Counted from the first letter of the stretch, positions 1 through 11,985 are shown. The stretch is DNA of 64,000 nucleotides from Blastocladiella emersonii ATCC 22665 (GCA_025594325.1 JANHCV010000009.1:124001-188000), one strand, 5' to 3'. Program-made: numbers and translations. The notes: generated by a model not told the origin, from the sequence alone.

Positions 1-932
1 CGCGAGCATCCTCCTGAGCCCTCTGCTCGAGTCGGCCGCTTCGCCAGGTACGCCCACTGGGCTCCGTACCCCACGACTTCCGGCGTGCTCACCCTCCACC
101 GTAGACTCGACCATCGTCAAGCGCTACCGCGCGCTCACCGAGTCCAACCACGCCGCGACGTGCGCGTGGCGGCAAGGGCCGTGCCCCGAGAGCACCACGT
201 CCGGGCTGCCCGCGATTCCGCCGTCGCGGTTGCTGCGCGAGATGCAGGCGCGAGTCGCTGACCTCGAGCGCATCCTGACCGAGTCGGTTTCCGCGCTCGT
301 GTCGAGCGAGCCCGAGATTGTACGTGTCTTGGCGCTCGGCTGGCTTTTGCCGTATCTCACGCGTCCGTGCACACGTAGCCCGACGCTGTCGCTGCGCGGT
401 TCTCGGACGCGTCACCGACATCGCTGCGGCTCGCCCTTGCCAACTGGTCGCCCGCGTGCCTTTCCGGGGACGCGCCAAGGGAGGAGGACTCGAGCGATCA
501 CGTTGCTCTGTCGTGCTCGTATTGCTGCCGCCGCGTTGGACTGTGGACGTTCGCCAAGGGTACGCTCTCTTGCACCGCTCCACCGAGCCCGCGCGAGCTG
601 ACCTCGCACATTCACGAGTAGAGACCAAGCTGGACCCGATCGCCGCGCACAAGTGGTACTGCCCGTGGTCGTCGACGGGCGACGCGTGGTCGACGACGCT
701 GCGCCGCCTCGCGCCTCCGCGGCCATCAACCTCAAGCGTCCCGTCCGACCAGCCCGAGACCACGGTCGACGCGGCGCTCGACGCGCGGCGGTCGACACGC
801 AAGCTCGTGTCGTCGATCCGCGCGCTGATCCACGCGTCGACGGCGGGCGGCAAGCGGCAGCGCGACGAGGATCTCGCCGACGCGGCGCGGTGGGAGAAGT
901 GGCGGCGCGTGCTGCTCCCGGACACGCAATAG
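1..932 (+). CDS. 3' part of a probable Rsm1/Pml39/NIPA (ZC3HC1)-like zinc-finger protein; 5' end lies outside the window
   Basis: The terminal exon encodes ETKLDPIAAHKWYCPW, resembling the 'DP..EH..YCPW' motif of Rsm1/NIPA proteins. Stop TAG at 930-932. Exon structure not resolved. Confidence 0.55.
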
Positions 933-1209
933 ATGATGACAATGCTCTCTCTCGTCAACCGATCATCGCTCGCGGAGGCGCGACCGTTGGCAGGGGCGCC
1001 GTCCAAAATTACAATCGTGGTTTCGGGATGAGGTCGGGGCGGGCCGGGATGGCTTGCATGACTCGCGGTTGAAGAGTCGCGCGCCGTTCCCCACGCGGCT
1101 GCTGTTCGCGAACGACTCCCCCTCCTCCTCCTTGCCTTCGCGCAAAGTGCACGGAGCGCACCCCTCCACACTCTCTGCAACGCATCAACCACCCGCACCG
1201 AACCAAACC

Positions 1210-2490
1210 ATGCGCGACCTCATTGTCCTGGGCGGGTCGTCGCACCCGGAGCTGACCGAGGCCATCTGCGACCGGCTGGCCATCAAGCCGGGCGAGGTGA
1301 AGCTGTCCAAGTTCAGCAACAACGAGACCAACGTCGAGATCTTCCAGTCGGTGCGCGGCATGGACGTGTTCATTGTGCAGAGCGCGTGCGGCAACGTCAA
1401 CGACAAGCTCATGGAGCTGCTGGTCATGGTGTCGGCGTGCAAGATCGCGTCGGCCCGCAAGATCACCGTGGTCATGCCGCTGTTCCCGTACTCGCGCCAG
1501 CCCGACGCCCCCTACAAGCGCAACGGCATGCCGCTCAACCGCCTGTCGCCCGAGGCGTGCGCCAAGCTCGCCGAGATGCAGGGCATGCCGTTCCCGCACG
1601 TCGTGCCCAGCTCGAGCCCGAGCTCGCGCAGCCCGTCGCCGACCAAGGACCGCGCCGCGAGCCCCGACTCGATCGTCACGCGCACCGGCGGCCCCGACGC
1701 GCGCGCGTCGCGCGCCGGCAGCCCGCACGGGTACTATGCGGGCGCGGCGGGGCCCTCGCGCACCGGCAGCACCACGTCCAACGGCGCCGGCGGCAACGCG
1801 GCGGGCGGCGGGTACAAGGTGTGGACGGCCAAGCCCGGCACGCTGATTGCCGACATGCTGGTGGCGGCGGGCGCGCAGCACATCATCACGCTCGACATGC
1901 ACCACCCGCAGTTCCAGGGCTTCTTCGACATCCCCGTCGACAACCTGCTGTCGTACCCGCTCATGTACAAGTACATTATCGAGAAGATCCCCGAGTGGCG
2001 CAACGCCGTGGTCGTGTCGCCCGACGCGGGCGGTGCCAAGCGCGCGACCGCCATCGCCGACGCCCTCAACATGAATTTCGCGCTGATCCACAAGGACCGC
2101 CGCCACTCGACGTCGACGCTGACGCTGGTCGGCAACGTCACCGACAAGGTAGTGATCATGATCGACGACATTGCCGACACGTGCCACACGATCGCGCGCG
2201 CCGCGCACGTCCTGACCCAGAACGGCGCCGCCAAGATCTACGCCCTCGTCACCCACGGCATCATGTCCGGCGAGGCCATCGCGCGCCTCGCCCGCTCGCC
2301 CATCGACACGCTCATTGTCAGCAACTCGGTCCCGCAGGCCGAGCACGTCAAGAAGGCCGCCGAGGCCTCGGGCGTCGCGGACAAGATCAAGGTGTTTGAT
2401 GTCGCACCCATCTTTGCCGAGTCGATTCGCCGCATCCACAACGGCGAGAGTGTCTCGTTCCTGTTCGACATTGTGCCCATTGTGCACTAG
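1210..2490 (+). CDS. PRS: Ribose-phosphate pyrophosphokinase (PRPP synthetase) with a low-complexity insertion, Prs5/Prs1-like
   Basis: Motifs GGSSHPEL, FSNNET, MELLVMVSACKIASA, FPYSRQ, VVSPDAGGAKRA and MIDDIADT. Ser/Pro/Gly insertion after YSRQ. Intronless; ATG at 1210. Confidence 0.95.
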   Translation: MRDLIVLGGSSHPELTEAICDRLAIKPGEVKLSKFSNNETNVEIFQSVRGMDVFIVQSACGNVNDKLMELLVMVSACKIASARKITVVMPLFPYSRQPDAPYKRNGMPLNRLSPEACAKLAEMQGMPFPHVVPSSSPSSRSPSPTKDRAASPDSIVTRTGGPDARASRAGSPHGYYAGAAGPSRTGSTTSNGAGGNAAGGGYKVWTAKPGTLIADMLVAAGAQHIITLDMHHPQFQGFFDIPVDNLLSYPLMYKYIIEKIPEWRNAVVVSPDAGGAKRATAIADALNMNFALIHKDRRHSTSTLTLVGNVTDKVVIMIDDIADTCHTIARAAHVLTQNGAAKIYALVTHGIMSGEAIARLARSPIDTLIVSNSVPQAEHVKKAAEASGVADKIKVFDVAPIFAESIRRIHNGESVSFLFDIVPIVH

Positions 2491-2686
2491 TTTTGTCGCC
2501 CCCTGTCATGAACTTCCCTACCCACAACCCTTCATTCCTCGTCGTCGTCGCTACTATTCCTAATCTACGTCGGTCCTTTTTTGATGACTCGCTCCTCGTG
2601 GCCTTCGTGTGCGGTCATCGTGGACGGACCACGGCCATGACTATCGACTTGCTGATACGACAACACTCTATAATACACTGACAGCT

Positions 2687-4236
2687 TCACACACCAAGGT
2701 TCAGCCCACGCCGCGACCCAGTACCGCCGCCACCTTCGGCGGCTCCCTCGGCCGCCTTGGCCGACCCCGACGTCGCCTTGACGAGCCCCGTCCGCGGCCG
2801 CTTCCCCGCTGCCGAACTCGGAACCGCCGCGAGCTTCGGCATCGTACCCTCTGCTGCTGCTGGCCGCGACCGCCGGCGTGCAGTGGCCACCACGGGCAGC
2901 GGCGTGCCGAGGTCCTGCGCCGACCCGAGATCCACGGACCCGCCGCCGCCGTGGCCGAGCGCGATAGGCGGGAGCCCGCGGCGGCGCAGTTCGCGCCACA
3001 TGAGCGTGATGGCCTGGCGGTTGATGGGGCCGAGCGGGCACGGCGGCGGGTGAGTGGGTTTGGTGGTGGATAGGTCGGGTGGTGGAGGTGGTGGCGGCGG
3101 GAGTTTGAGCGAGAGGTACTACGCGGCGATGATGGAGGGGTTAGTTGAGGGGAAAGAGGCAGTAGGGTGTGGGCGGGGCGGCGACGTGCCTTCCAGTGGA
3201 TCGGACCCGTCACCATCTCGAGGTTGTGTGGGACGGGGAGGCCGATCTTGACATTGAGGACTTGGTGAAAGTCTACGTGCGGTGACGCGAGGTTAGCGGC
3301 CGCGAAAGCCGATCGAGTCTCGCGACAGCGTACTCTTCTTGTACGATGCGATGTACTCTACAATGAGATCCGCCAGCGACTACAACCCGCGCGCGCGTCA
3401 GCCCTCGCCTCCTCTAACCCACTCGCGCGACGTACCGCGAACCCGAGCGGTTTATCCATGAGTTCGCGCCGGCGGCTCAGCCCGACAGCGCCCCACCGCT
3501 CCTCTGTCCCGCCCGCGGGCGACGGCGGCGCGACGACCGCGAGGACAATGTGGCGGTACACCTGCTCATGCCCACCCTCTTCGACTCCCGGCAACCCAGC
3601 GATCCGCGTCTTGAATGCGACGGGCAACCAGTCGAGCCGTCTCGCTTCCGCGGCCGAGAGCAGCCACATGGCGGCGACGACGGCCTCGAGACACTTGATC
3701 GGCAGCCCGGCTGCGAGGATCCGTTTCGCAACGGCCGCGAGCGACCGGCCCGACGCGCGCTTGTTGATCGGGAAGAAGATGGGTCCTGGCAGGTGGTTGT
3801 ACCCCAGCGCGTCGAGCTGGCGCTGGACCCACCGCACCGCCGTGTCCGGGTCGCCCGACGACGCGAGGCGCGCGCGCGGGATCGGTGGGACAGCGAGTGG
3901 GCGGGGTGTATTGGTGGGCTTCTTGGGCGCCGGTGGCGGATCGGTTATGGCGGAAGCGGGACGTTGTTGCGGCGGCGTCGACGGCAGCTTCAGAGCGGTA
4001 GCGGCCACGAGCTGCGCGTGTTCTGGGTGCTCAAACTCGGCGAGCGCGCACGACGCGTCTACGGCGTCGCACAGCTGCATGAGTGCGTCGAGGTTGAATG
4101 CAGGATCCATGGTTGCTGTCAGTCGAGTGGAGCGTCGATCGGCGCCATGGTCGTCGTATCCGAACGCCGTGAGGGAGAGGGCAGGGACGCGGTTCGGGTG
4201 TACCGGGGCGTTTGATTGTCCCCCGCTCGCGCTCAT
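2687..4236 (-). CDS. VASH: Vasohibin-family tubulin tyrosine carboxypeptidase (3 introns)
   Basis: Motifs LGYNH, LPIKCLEAV (catalytic Cys), YRHIVL (His) and GLSRRRELMDKP. Splicing gives SLADLIVEYIASYKKNFHQVLNVKIGLPVPH..IHWK, matching the vasohibin C-terminal part. Introns at 3380-3435, ~3285-3333 and 3119-3189 (GC-AG). The start could also be the Met at 4110. Confidence 0.85.
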
Positions 4237-4386
4237 TAGCGACGCGACGACGCGGTGTGGTGTGGCGCGCGCGCGAGACAGGGTGTGAGACGCGAGGCGA
4301 TATCAGCTGACCCCGCTCGTTGATCTCTCGTCCCCTTCTCGCACGGGTCACCCACCCTTTTGCTTCGCAAGAAACCCCACCCAGCC

Positions 4387-5632
4387 ATGAATTCGCTCGC
4401 TACTCGATGCATCCCGTCCCTCGCGGCGAGCCGGACGGGCCCTACGCGTGCCCTGCACGCCGCGCGGGTCCTGGCGCACGAAAACCCGCTGGTAGGCCTC
4501 CCGCACTTTTGTTGGGCTCGGGCCAGCCTGCTCACACGTAACTATGCCGTGCTCAGGGTCTCCCGACCAACACGGACCACAAGTTCAAGCCGAACGCGGA
4601 CCGGATGCGGCAGGGGCTGCCGGCGAAGCGGCCGATCGCGGGCGTCAAGCACGTCGTGGCCGTGTCGTCTGGTAAGGGCGGCGTGGGGAAGTCGACAACG
4701 GCCGGTACGTCCCGCCTGGATGATTGGGAAGTGGGCGAGGCTGACGGTAAGTGTAGTGAACCTCGCGGTCGCCATGGCGCAGCGGCAAAAGGCGGTCGGG
4801 ATCCTGGACGCCGACCTGTACGGCCCGTCGATCCCGCGGCTCATGAATCTGCGCAACACGGAGCCGGCCATGGACGAGCGTACGCGCGGTTCCTTCTCGA
4901 TCCCCCACACCTGGGCACTCACACGATCACGGGTATAGACAACCGCCTGCTCCCGCTGTCCAACTACGGCGTGCAGTGCATGTCGATGGGGTTCCTGGTG
5001 CGCGAGGAGGACCCGGTCGTGTGGCGCGGCATGATGATTATGAAGGCGCTCGAGCAGCTGCTGCGCCAGGTCAACTGGGGCAGCCTCGACGTGCTGGTCG
5101 TCGACATGCCGCCGGGGACTGGTGACACACAGCTCACGCTCACGCAGCAGATTCCGCTCGCTGGTACGTCGTTGGGTGCTGCGGTGTGGGTCGCGCGGAG
5201 CTGATTGGGTGGGGGAACGTGTAGGCGCGGTCATTGTGTCGACGCCGCAGGACATTGCTCTGCTCGACGTGATCAAGGGCGTGAACATGTTCAAAAAGGT
5301 CGAGGTTCCGGTACGCTCGCTACATCACCCCCTCCCTCCCCGCGACGCACTCTCACCCTGACCCACACGTGTAGCTCCTGGGCCTGGTCGAGAACATGTC
5401 GCACTTTGCGTGCCCAAAGTGCCACCACGAGAGCCACATTTTCGGCGACCCGGCGAACCTCGCGGCCAAGGCGGCCAAGCTCGGCATGGACGTGATCGGG
5501 CGGATCCCGCTGACCGAGGCCGTGTGCACGCTGAGCGACGCGGGGAAACCGCCCGTGGTCGCGGCGCCCGACTCGGCCGAGGCCCGCGCGTACCGCGAGC
5601 TCGCGGATAAGGTGCTGGCGCAGCTTAAGTAA
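4387..5632 (+). CDS. IND1: Mitochondrial Fe-S cluster carrier of the Mrp/NBP35 family (Ind1/NUBPL), multi-exon
   Basis: Arg-rich presequence, [57 protein letters not shown]. Confidence 0.9.
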
Positions 5633-5775
5633 TGTATACAATTAGGGGTTATCTGCACGTGGAACCGGCGTGATGTGGCACGACGCGTCTCTCACCCACC
5701 CACCCCCTCACCCCTCTGAACGACGCGCTCCCCTCACCCTCTCTCCCTCCTTACCCACCCACCCAAACCAAAGCA

Positions 5776-6369
5776 ATGGACCACGCCTACCTGGAATCCA
5801 CCGTCGCTCCGGCCCTCACCGACGCGCTGACCGCGCTGACCACCACCCTCGCGCCCACCTTCTCCGCGGGCCACCGGTCGCACCCGACGCTCGACCCCGT
5901 CGACTTCATCGCCAAGTACCTCCTGCGCAACCTGGCCTCGACGCCGCTGACGGACCCCGCCGACGACCGCCGCGCCGCCGCCCGCGACGCGGTCCTGCTG
6001 CGCGCCATGGACGACCGGCTGCGCGCGCAGAAGTCGGCCGACGACGCGGCGCGCGCCGAGGCCGCGGAAGCCGCGCGGGCCAAGGTCCAGGCGTCCGACG
6101 CCGCGGCGGCGGCTGCGGGCGGGAGCAGTGTGCCGGGGACCGCGCCGAACGCAGGCGAGGAGGGCGGCGAGGGCGACAGCGCGCTCGCGGGACCCGAGGG
6201 GGCGACGGATGACGCGGCGGCACCTGCTGGCGGCGACGGCGAAGGCGGCGACGCGGCGAACCCCGACACGGCAGCGCCCGAGGACGGCAGCGGCGACGGC
6301 GGGGCCGCGGGCGACCAAGTTCCCGGGATCGAGGAGCCCGTAGTGGCCGAGGACGCGCCAGCCGAGTGA
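5776..6369 (+). CDS. Dpy-30/RIIa-type dimerization-docking motif protein with an acidic low-complexity tail
   Basis: YLESTVAPALTDAL...DPVDFIAKYLL matches the Dpy-30 motif pattern. Ala/Gly/Glu/Asp-rich C-terminus. Confidence 0.65.
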   Translation: MDHAYLESTVAPALTDALTALTTTLAPTFSAGHRSHPTLDPVDFIAKYLLRNLASTPLTDPADDRRAAARDAVLLRAMDDRLRAQKSADDAARAEAAEAARAKVQASDAAAAAAGGSSVPGTAPNAGEEGGEGDSALAGPEGATDDAAAPAGGDGEGGDAANPDTAAPEDGSGDGGAAGDQVPGIEEPVVAEDAPAE

Positions 6370-6534
6370 TTGTGCGCACAAAGAGATGTGGAGGAAGTAA
6401 GAAATGGCTTTGATTGTGGACACCGAGTCGAGAGGGAGCAATGCATGCGGAGTGGGCAAGAGGGGAAGAGGTACATCGGGGGCTGGTACATGAGGGAGAA
6501 GGAAGAGATACACGAAAAAGAGAGAGTCTTGATA

Positions 6535-9522
6535 CTACTCGAGCGCCGAACACTCGCCGCCCCTGTTGCCACACGCCGTCGTCGCCCTCGACACGCTTGG
6601 CGACGACGGGAGAACGGGTGCCGCGAGCGTGAGCATTGACTCGGCGAGCCACGCGTCATCCTCCTCGCCACCACCGCGCTCAACGACGCGTGCGCGCTTC
6701 GGGCACCCGCCGAGCTCGTCGCCCGCCTCCCACAGCCGCTTGGGCGGGCGGTGCGGCGGCGGTGAGCACCCGGCATCGGCAGCCGCGGCGACGACGGCGG
6801 CCATGAGCGCGTCGCCGAGCCGGCTCCCCTCGCCCTCATCGCTACCGTCGTACTCGGCGGCGGCGGCGTTGCGGCGCGGGATCAGCGACACGACGGGCGC
6901 GAGCTGCGGGAGCGGGTCGACGACGCTGTTCAGCGGCGGGAGCGGGGGCGGGGTCCCGACGGCGCGCGTGATGGGCGCGAGGACGCACGACGAGGCCGAC
7001 GTCCATTTCGCAGCTGCGACCGTGGTCCTGGGTCTCGGCCGCGGGCGCGTGCGGTTCGGCGTGCCCGGGTCGAACAGGACCTCGCGCGCCGTGTGTGTCG
7101 CGTACAGGAGGCCGGGTTCCTCGACGTCGTCGGCCTCGGGAACCGCGTGGCGGGTCCACGGCACGGCGGCCGCGGCGGCGCGGTGGTGGTGCCGGGCGAG
7201 TCGGCGGCGGCGGAACGGGTGCGCGGCGTGCTGCTGGTCGCGCGCGCACTCGGCGGCGAAGAGCGCAGACGCGGGGCACGCGGGGACGTCGGGCGCCCAG
7301 TTTTCGTTGGCGGACGGCGGGAGCGGGAGCGAGGCGGCGGGTGCGGTGATGGCAGCGCGGAGAAGCGCGTCGACGAGCTCGGCGTACTCGGCACTGCCCG
7401 CGGCGCACGGGCGCAGCGCCGCGTACACGTCGTGGATCAGGCGCATGCGGCGGTTGATGGCGTCGGCCTTGGACCCTTCCCCTGCAGCACCGCCCGCCGC
7501 CGCGTCGGCCGTCGACGACCCGTTGCTGCCCGCCGCGGGCGCGGCGGCGTCGACACACGCCGCGCGCGGCCGCTCGCCGCCGGCGCACCACGGGCACGCG
7601 AAGGTCGCGAGCCGCGTGAGCTCGGCGAGCGGCGTGTGCAGGCACAGGGCATGCGCCCACTGGCCGCACGCGTCGCACGCGGCCCACTGGTCGAGCGCCG
7701 GATCGCCGTTGCTGTCGGCCTCGGCGCGGTGGCACACGGTGCAGGCTTCCGCGGGCGCCGCGGGCGGCGGGTCGTCGTCGTCGCCGTCGCCGTCGATGGC
7801 CATGGTGTCGAGGGCAGAGGAGGATTCGGGGATCGGGGTCAGGATGTCCAGCTCCACGTCCTCGTCCTCGTCGAGCTCGGGCTCAGGCTCGGTCGCCGAG
7901 TCCGAGGCCGCGGGCGCGGGCGCGGGTGGTGCGGGTGCGGGCTCGAGCTTGACGGCGGCGGGTGGTGGTGGTGGCGGGCGGCGCGACTTGGCGGCGCCCG
8001 CGCCCGCCTTGCCGTTCTTCTTCTTGGACTTTTTGGTCTTCTTGCCGGCCTTGCTGGCGGTCGTCTTCTTGACGGGGGCGGGGGCTCGTGGCGGCTGCTG
8101 CGGGAGGGGCAGGGCGGGCGCGAGCGCGGGCGAGGGCGACGTGACGCCCGCGGCGGTGGTCCTGAACGTGGCGGCGGGTTCCTTGGCCGCGCGGCGCGAC
8201 GTTGCCGTGGCCGTACCCGAGGTCGCTGGCGGGATGGGCGGAGGCGGCGGGGGCGGGCTCGTCGGGGTCGGCGGGGATCCGGCGACGACCTGGTCGGACC
8301 CAGCGCCCGATGCTGCTGCTGGTGCCCTCGCGGGGGCCGTCGAAGCGGATGGCGGGGTCGGCGGGTGCAGGTGCATCAGCGCCGAAGCCGGGGCCGCGGG
8401 CGTCGCGGCAGGGTCGGGGCGGCCGGTCGTGGTCCTTGCGACGGCGGCGGGCGGTGGCGGGAGCGTGACGGCGGGCGGCGACGCGACGGCCGGGCCATGG
8501 CCGTTGGCCGTTGCCGAGGCGGGTGGAGGTTGCTGATGTTGCTGGGTTGGGGCTGACGTGGCAGCAGCAGGTGAAGGAGCCACAGTGGCGACGAGCGGGA
8601 GGGCGATCGCCGACGACGACACCTTGGCGGGAGCAGCGGGTTCTTGGTCATCAGCGACCCAGCGCGGCCGCGGCGGCCACACGGTCCCCGCCGCCGCCGC
8701 CGTGGTCGGCGGGGTGACGAGAGCGGCAGCGGGCGGAGACCACGGCGCGCGCGCCGTCACGGTCGGCGGTGCCGAGTGGGGCGGGTTCCACGCCGCCGCC
8801 GCGGCCGCCGACGACAGGGACGACGAGACATCACTGGCGGCATCATCCACCTCTCCTTCGTCGCTGGTGAGGCGGGTGGGCGCGAGCGACGAGAGGGAGG
8901 ACGACGAGCCGTTGGTCGTGAGCAGCGGCGGGAGCGGGAGCGGGAACGGCGAGTCGCGGCGCCGTGCCACACTGCTCCCCGCGGCGCTGCTCCGGGCCAC
9001 GGGGAACTCGGCCGCTGTCGTCGGCGATACCAGCGCCAGCGCGGGCGTGTACGCCGAGACGCGGCGGATCCGGCGGACGTGGCGGTACGCCGGCGCGGCG
9101 GTCGCGCTGACCGAGGCCGAGGCGAAGGCGGAGGCGGCGGAGGCGGACGAGGAGGTCGATGTGGGCGGGGTCGCGCCGCGGCTCAGCACCCCACCGCCCG
9201 CGCTACTCCCGGTCGGCGACAGCGACGACGCGGACAGCGCCGTCGGGGTCGGCGGGAGGACGACGATCGCGGCGCCGGCGGGATCGGACGAGGCGGCGGA
9301 GGCGGAACCCGCAACCGCAGGGTTCCCGGCCCGCGCAACGACGACGACGGTCAGCGGCGACGGGCGGCGCGCCGGGTGGTGCGCGGGCGGCGCGCGCGGC
9401 ATGCTGCGGGCAGATGGCGGCGGTGGTGGCGAGGCGGAGCGCTTGGTGGCAGACGACGAGGAGGCAGTTGAGGAGGAGGAGGGTGGCGGGGCCGCGCGGG
9501 TGGCAGTGGTTGTTGGCGACAT
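6535..9522 (-). CDS. Large low-complexity protein with a PHD finger
   Basis: 995-aa ORF containing CTVC...WAACDACGQWAHALC...FACPWC (C4HC3 PHD), a Lys-rich NLS-like stretch, and Pro/Ala-rich flanks. Confidence 0.75.
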   Translation of the reverse strand: MSPTTTATRAAPPPSSSSTASSSSATKRSASPPPPPSARSMPRAPPAHHPARRPSPLTVVVVARAGNPAVAGSASAASSDPAGAAIVVLPPTPTALSASSLSPTGSSAGGGVLSRGATPPTSTSSSASAASAFASASVSATAAPAYRHVRRIRRVSAYTPALALVSPTTAAEFPVARSSAAGSSVARRRDSPFPLPLPPLLTTNGSSSSLSSLAPTRLTSDEGEVDDAASDVSSSLSSAAAAAAWNPPHSAPPTVTARAPWSPPAAALVTPPTTAAAAGTVWPPRPRWVADDQEPAAPAKVSSSAIALPLVATVAPSPAAATSAPTQQHQQPPPASATANGHGPAVASPPAVTLPPPPAAVARTTTGRPDPAATPAAPASALMHLHPPTPPSASTAPARAPAAASGAGSDQVVAGSPPTPTSPPPPPPPIPPATSGTATATSRRAAKEPAATFRTTAAGVTSPSPALAPALPLPQQPPRAPAPVKKTTASKAGKKTKKSKKKNGKAGAGAAKSRRPPPPPPAAVKLEPAPAPPAPAPAASDSATEPEPELDEDEDVELDILTPIPESSSALDTMAIDGDGDDDDPPPAAPAEACTVCHRAEADSNGDPALDQWAACDACGQWAHALCLHTPLAELTRLATFACPWCAGGERPRAACVDAAAPAAGSNGSSTADAAAGGAAGEGSKADAINRRMRLIHDVYAALRPCAAGSAEYAELVDALLRAAITAPAASLPLPPSANENWAPDVPACPASALFAAECARDQQHAAHPFRRRRLARHHHRAAAAAVPWTRHAVPEADDVEEPGLLYATHTAREVLFDPGTPNRTRPRPRPRTTVAAAKWTSASSCVLAPITRAVGTPPPLPPLNSVVDPLPQLAPVVSLIPRRNAAAAEYDGSDEGEGSRLGDALMAAVVAAAADAGCSPPPHRPPKRLWEAGDELGGCPKRARVVERGGGEEDDAWLAESMLTLAAPVLPSSPSVSRATTACGNRGGECSALE

Positions 9523-9904
9523 GGCAGCGGCAGCGGCCCTCGGCGGTCGGGAGTGCCGGTGTGGGTGGACGCGGCCGAGGAGAGCGAGGAAGAAGAAGCG
9601 GGTTGCGCGCAGTGCCGCCCGGCGTGGTTGTTGACGGCGGCGGCGGGCGGGGCAGGGCGGGCGCGCGGCTCAGCGTGCAAGGGGGCGCCGGCCGGCCAAC
9701 TGAACCAGCCAGCTCGACCCGACCCCTCGCTGGCCCCGGGCGACCACCATGGCCATCTCCCCGCGGACTAACTCTCCCTCCCTCTCCATGGTGGCGCAGG
9801 CGCTCAGGGACAGCATGAGTGAACAATCAAGTAGAATCAGGTGTGTGTATTACCGACTGAGCTAATCTGCGAAACCTCCTAGTCCATGGCCACCGACGGG
9901 CCCC

Positions 9905-11580
9905 CTACTCGAACTTGATGCCCTGGGCGAGCGGGAGCGCGCCAGAGTAGTTGATGGTGCACGTCGACAGGCGCACGTACTGCTTCCACGCGTCCGACCC
10001 GGACTCGCGGCCGCCGCCCGTCTCCTTCTCGCCGCCGAACGCGCCGCCGATCTCGGCCCCGTTCGTCGGGATGTTGACGTTGACGATGCCGCAGTCCGAG
10101 CCCGCGGGGCCCGTCCACTTGAAGATGTTGCTCGGCGACGACGTGAACAGCGACGACGACAGGCCCTGGCCCACGGCGTTGTTGGCCGCGATCGCCTCCT
10201 CGAGCGTCTTGAACGTGTGCGTGTGCAGGATCGGGACAAAGATCTCGTGCTGGACCACCGGCGCCGACGCGGCAATGCGCGTGATGGTCGGCTCGACGTA
10301 GTTGCCCGAAGCCCCAGCGACGCGCTTGCCGCCGAACAGGATCTGGCCGCCCTGCGCGACCACCTGCTCGAGCCCCTGCTCGTACGCGGCGACCGCCGCC
10401 TTGGTGTGCAGCGGGCCGCACAGCGTGGCCGCGTCGAGCGGGTCGCCGATGCGCACCTGCGCGTACGCCGCCGTCAGCGCCGCCATGAACTCCTTCTCGA
10501 TCGCCTCGTGCAGGAACAGGCGGCGGACCGTCGTGCACCGCTGGCCCGCGGTCCCGACCGCCGCGAACAGCGTCGCGCGCACCGCGAGCTTGATGTCCGC
10601 GTCGTCCATGACGATCAGCGCGTTGTTGCCGCCGAGCTCGAGCAGCGGGCGGCCGAACCGCTGCTGCACCGTCACGCCGACCTTGCGGCCGACCTCGGTC
10701 GAGCCCGTGAACGACAGCAGGTTGATGCGCTTGTCCTTGGCCATGGCCTCGCCGACATCCGCGGCGCCCGTGCACAGCGCCGTGATGGCGCCGGGGAGCC
10801 CGTTCTTCTCGAGCACGTCGGCGACGATCTTGGTGGTGGCAATCGACGACAAGTTGGTCGACGGCGCGCCCTTCCACACGGCCGTGTTGCCCGCGACGAG
10901 CGCGAGCGCCGAGTTCCACCCGTACACGGCCACGGGGAAGTTGAACGCCGAGATGACGCCGACGTTGCCGAGCGGGTTCACCTGCTCCATCATGAAGTGG
11001 CCGGGCCGCTCCGACGGGATCACCTTGCCGTTCATCATGCGCGACAGACCGACCGCGTAGTCGCAGATGTCCACGTACTCCTGCACCTCGCCAATGCCCT
11101 CGGCCGTGATCTTGCCCATCTCCAGCGACACGAGCTTGCCGAGCGGCTCGATCTTGGCCGCCAGCGCCTCGCGCATCTGGCGCACAATCTCGCCGCGCTT
11201 GGGCGCCGGGATCTGTTCGCACACGTTTGCTCGTTGTTAGTCGACCGCGTGCGCGTATCCGCGACAGTGGGAGAACGCACCTCGCGCCACTCGAGCTTGG
11301 CCTCCTCGACCTTCTTCATGACCGCCTCGTAGTCGGCGGCCGAGCCCTCGGCAACCGACGCGATCACCTCGTTGGTGGCCGGGTTGATGGCCTCGCGGAC
11401 GGCGCCCGACCCGTGGTGCCACTCGCCGTCGTAGACACCGGCGTTGGGCTGCTTGGCGTCGATGCCGAGGTCCTTGAGAATCGACGACACCACGGCCGTG
11501 TTCTGCGTCTTGGGCACGTTGATGTGCAGCCCGCGGCGGCCCGTGGCCGTCGCTGCGCGCGAGGTGGCGTAGCGGAGCAT
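9905..11580 (-). CDS. ALDH7A1: Aldehyde dehydrogenase family 7 (antiquitin / alpha-aminoadipic semialdehyde dehydrogenase), mitochondrial; 1 intron
   Basis: [80 protein letters not shown]. Intron ~11225-11279. Confidence 0.92.
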
Positions 11581-11941
11581 CTTCGTTGGGTTGAGGGTGG
11601 GGTAGTGGATGACAGGTCGTCAAGAGAGGTCGGGAGAGGGAGGGACGGGGGAGCAGGGAGGCTTTATAGTGGCCAGAGGCGCGCGAACGAACGCACACAG
11701 CGAAAAAACGCGGCGCGGCTGGCTAACAAAAACCTCGGACTCGGGTTCCACTATCGCCACGTGGCCAGTGACCAATCACGCTCGCGCCTCGGAACACGCG
11801 CTCGGGCGTTCCCGGGTGCTGCGCGCGCATCTAGGAACACTTGCCGCAAGCCTCTCCATGGCGCACTCGCGCCCCGCGCCGCGCCTCACCTCAACCGCAG
11901 TCGCTAAATCAGGGTTTAACTCTATGTACAAGCAGCGAGGA

Positions 11942-11942
<1 letters not shown>

Positions 11943-11978
<36 letters not shown>
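11943..11978. repeat. Perfect hexanucleotide microsatellite (GACGGC)6 just downstream of the PEN-2 stop
   Basis: Read directly from the sequence. Confidence 0.9.
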
Positions 11979-11985
11979 AACGGGA

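Noticed and set aside
1500-1830. Large insertion inside the PRPP synthetase
   Set aside because: Non-homologous insertions at this position are already known in fungal Prs1/Prs5.
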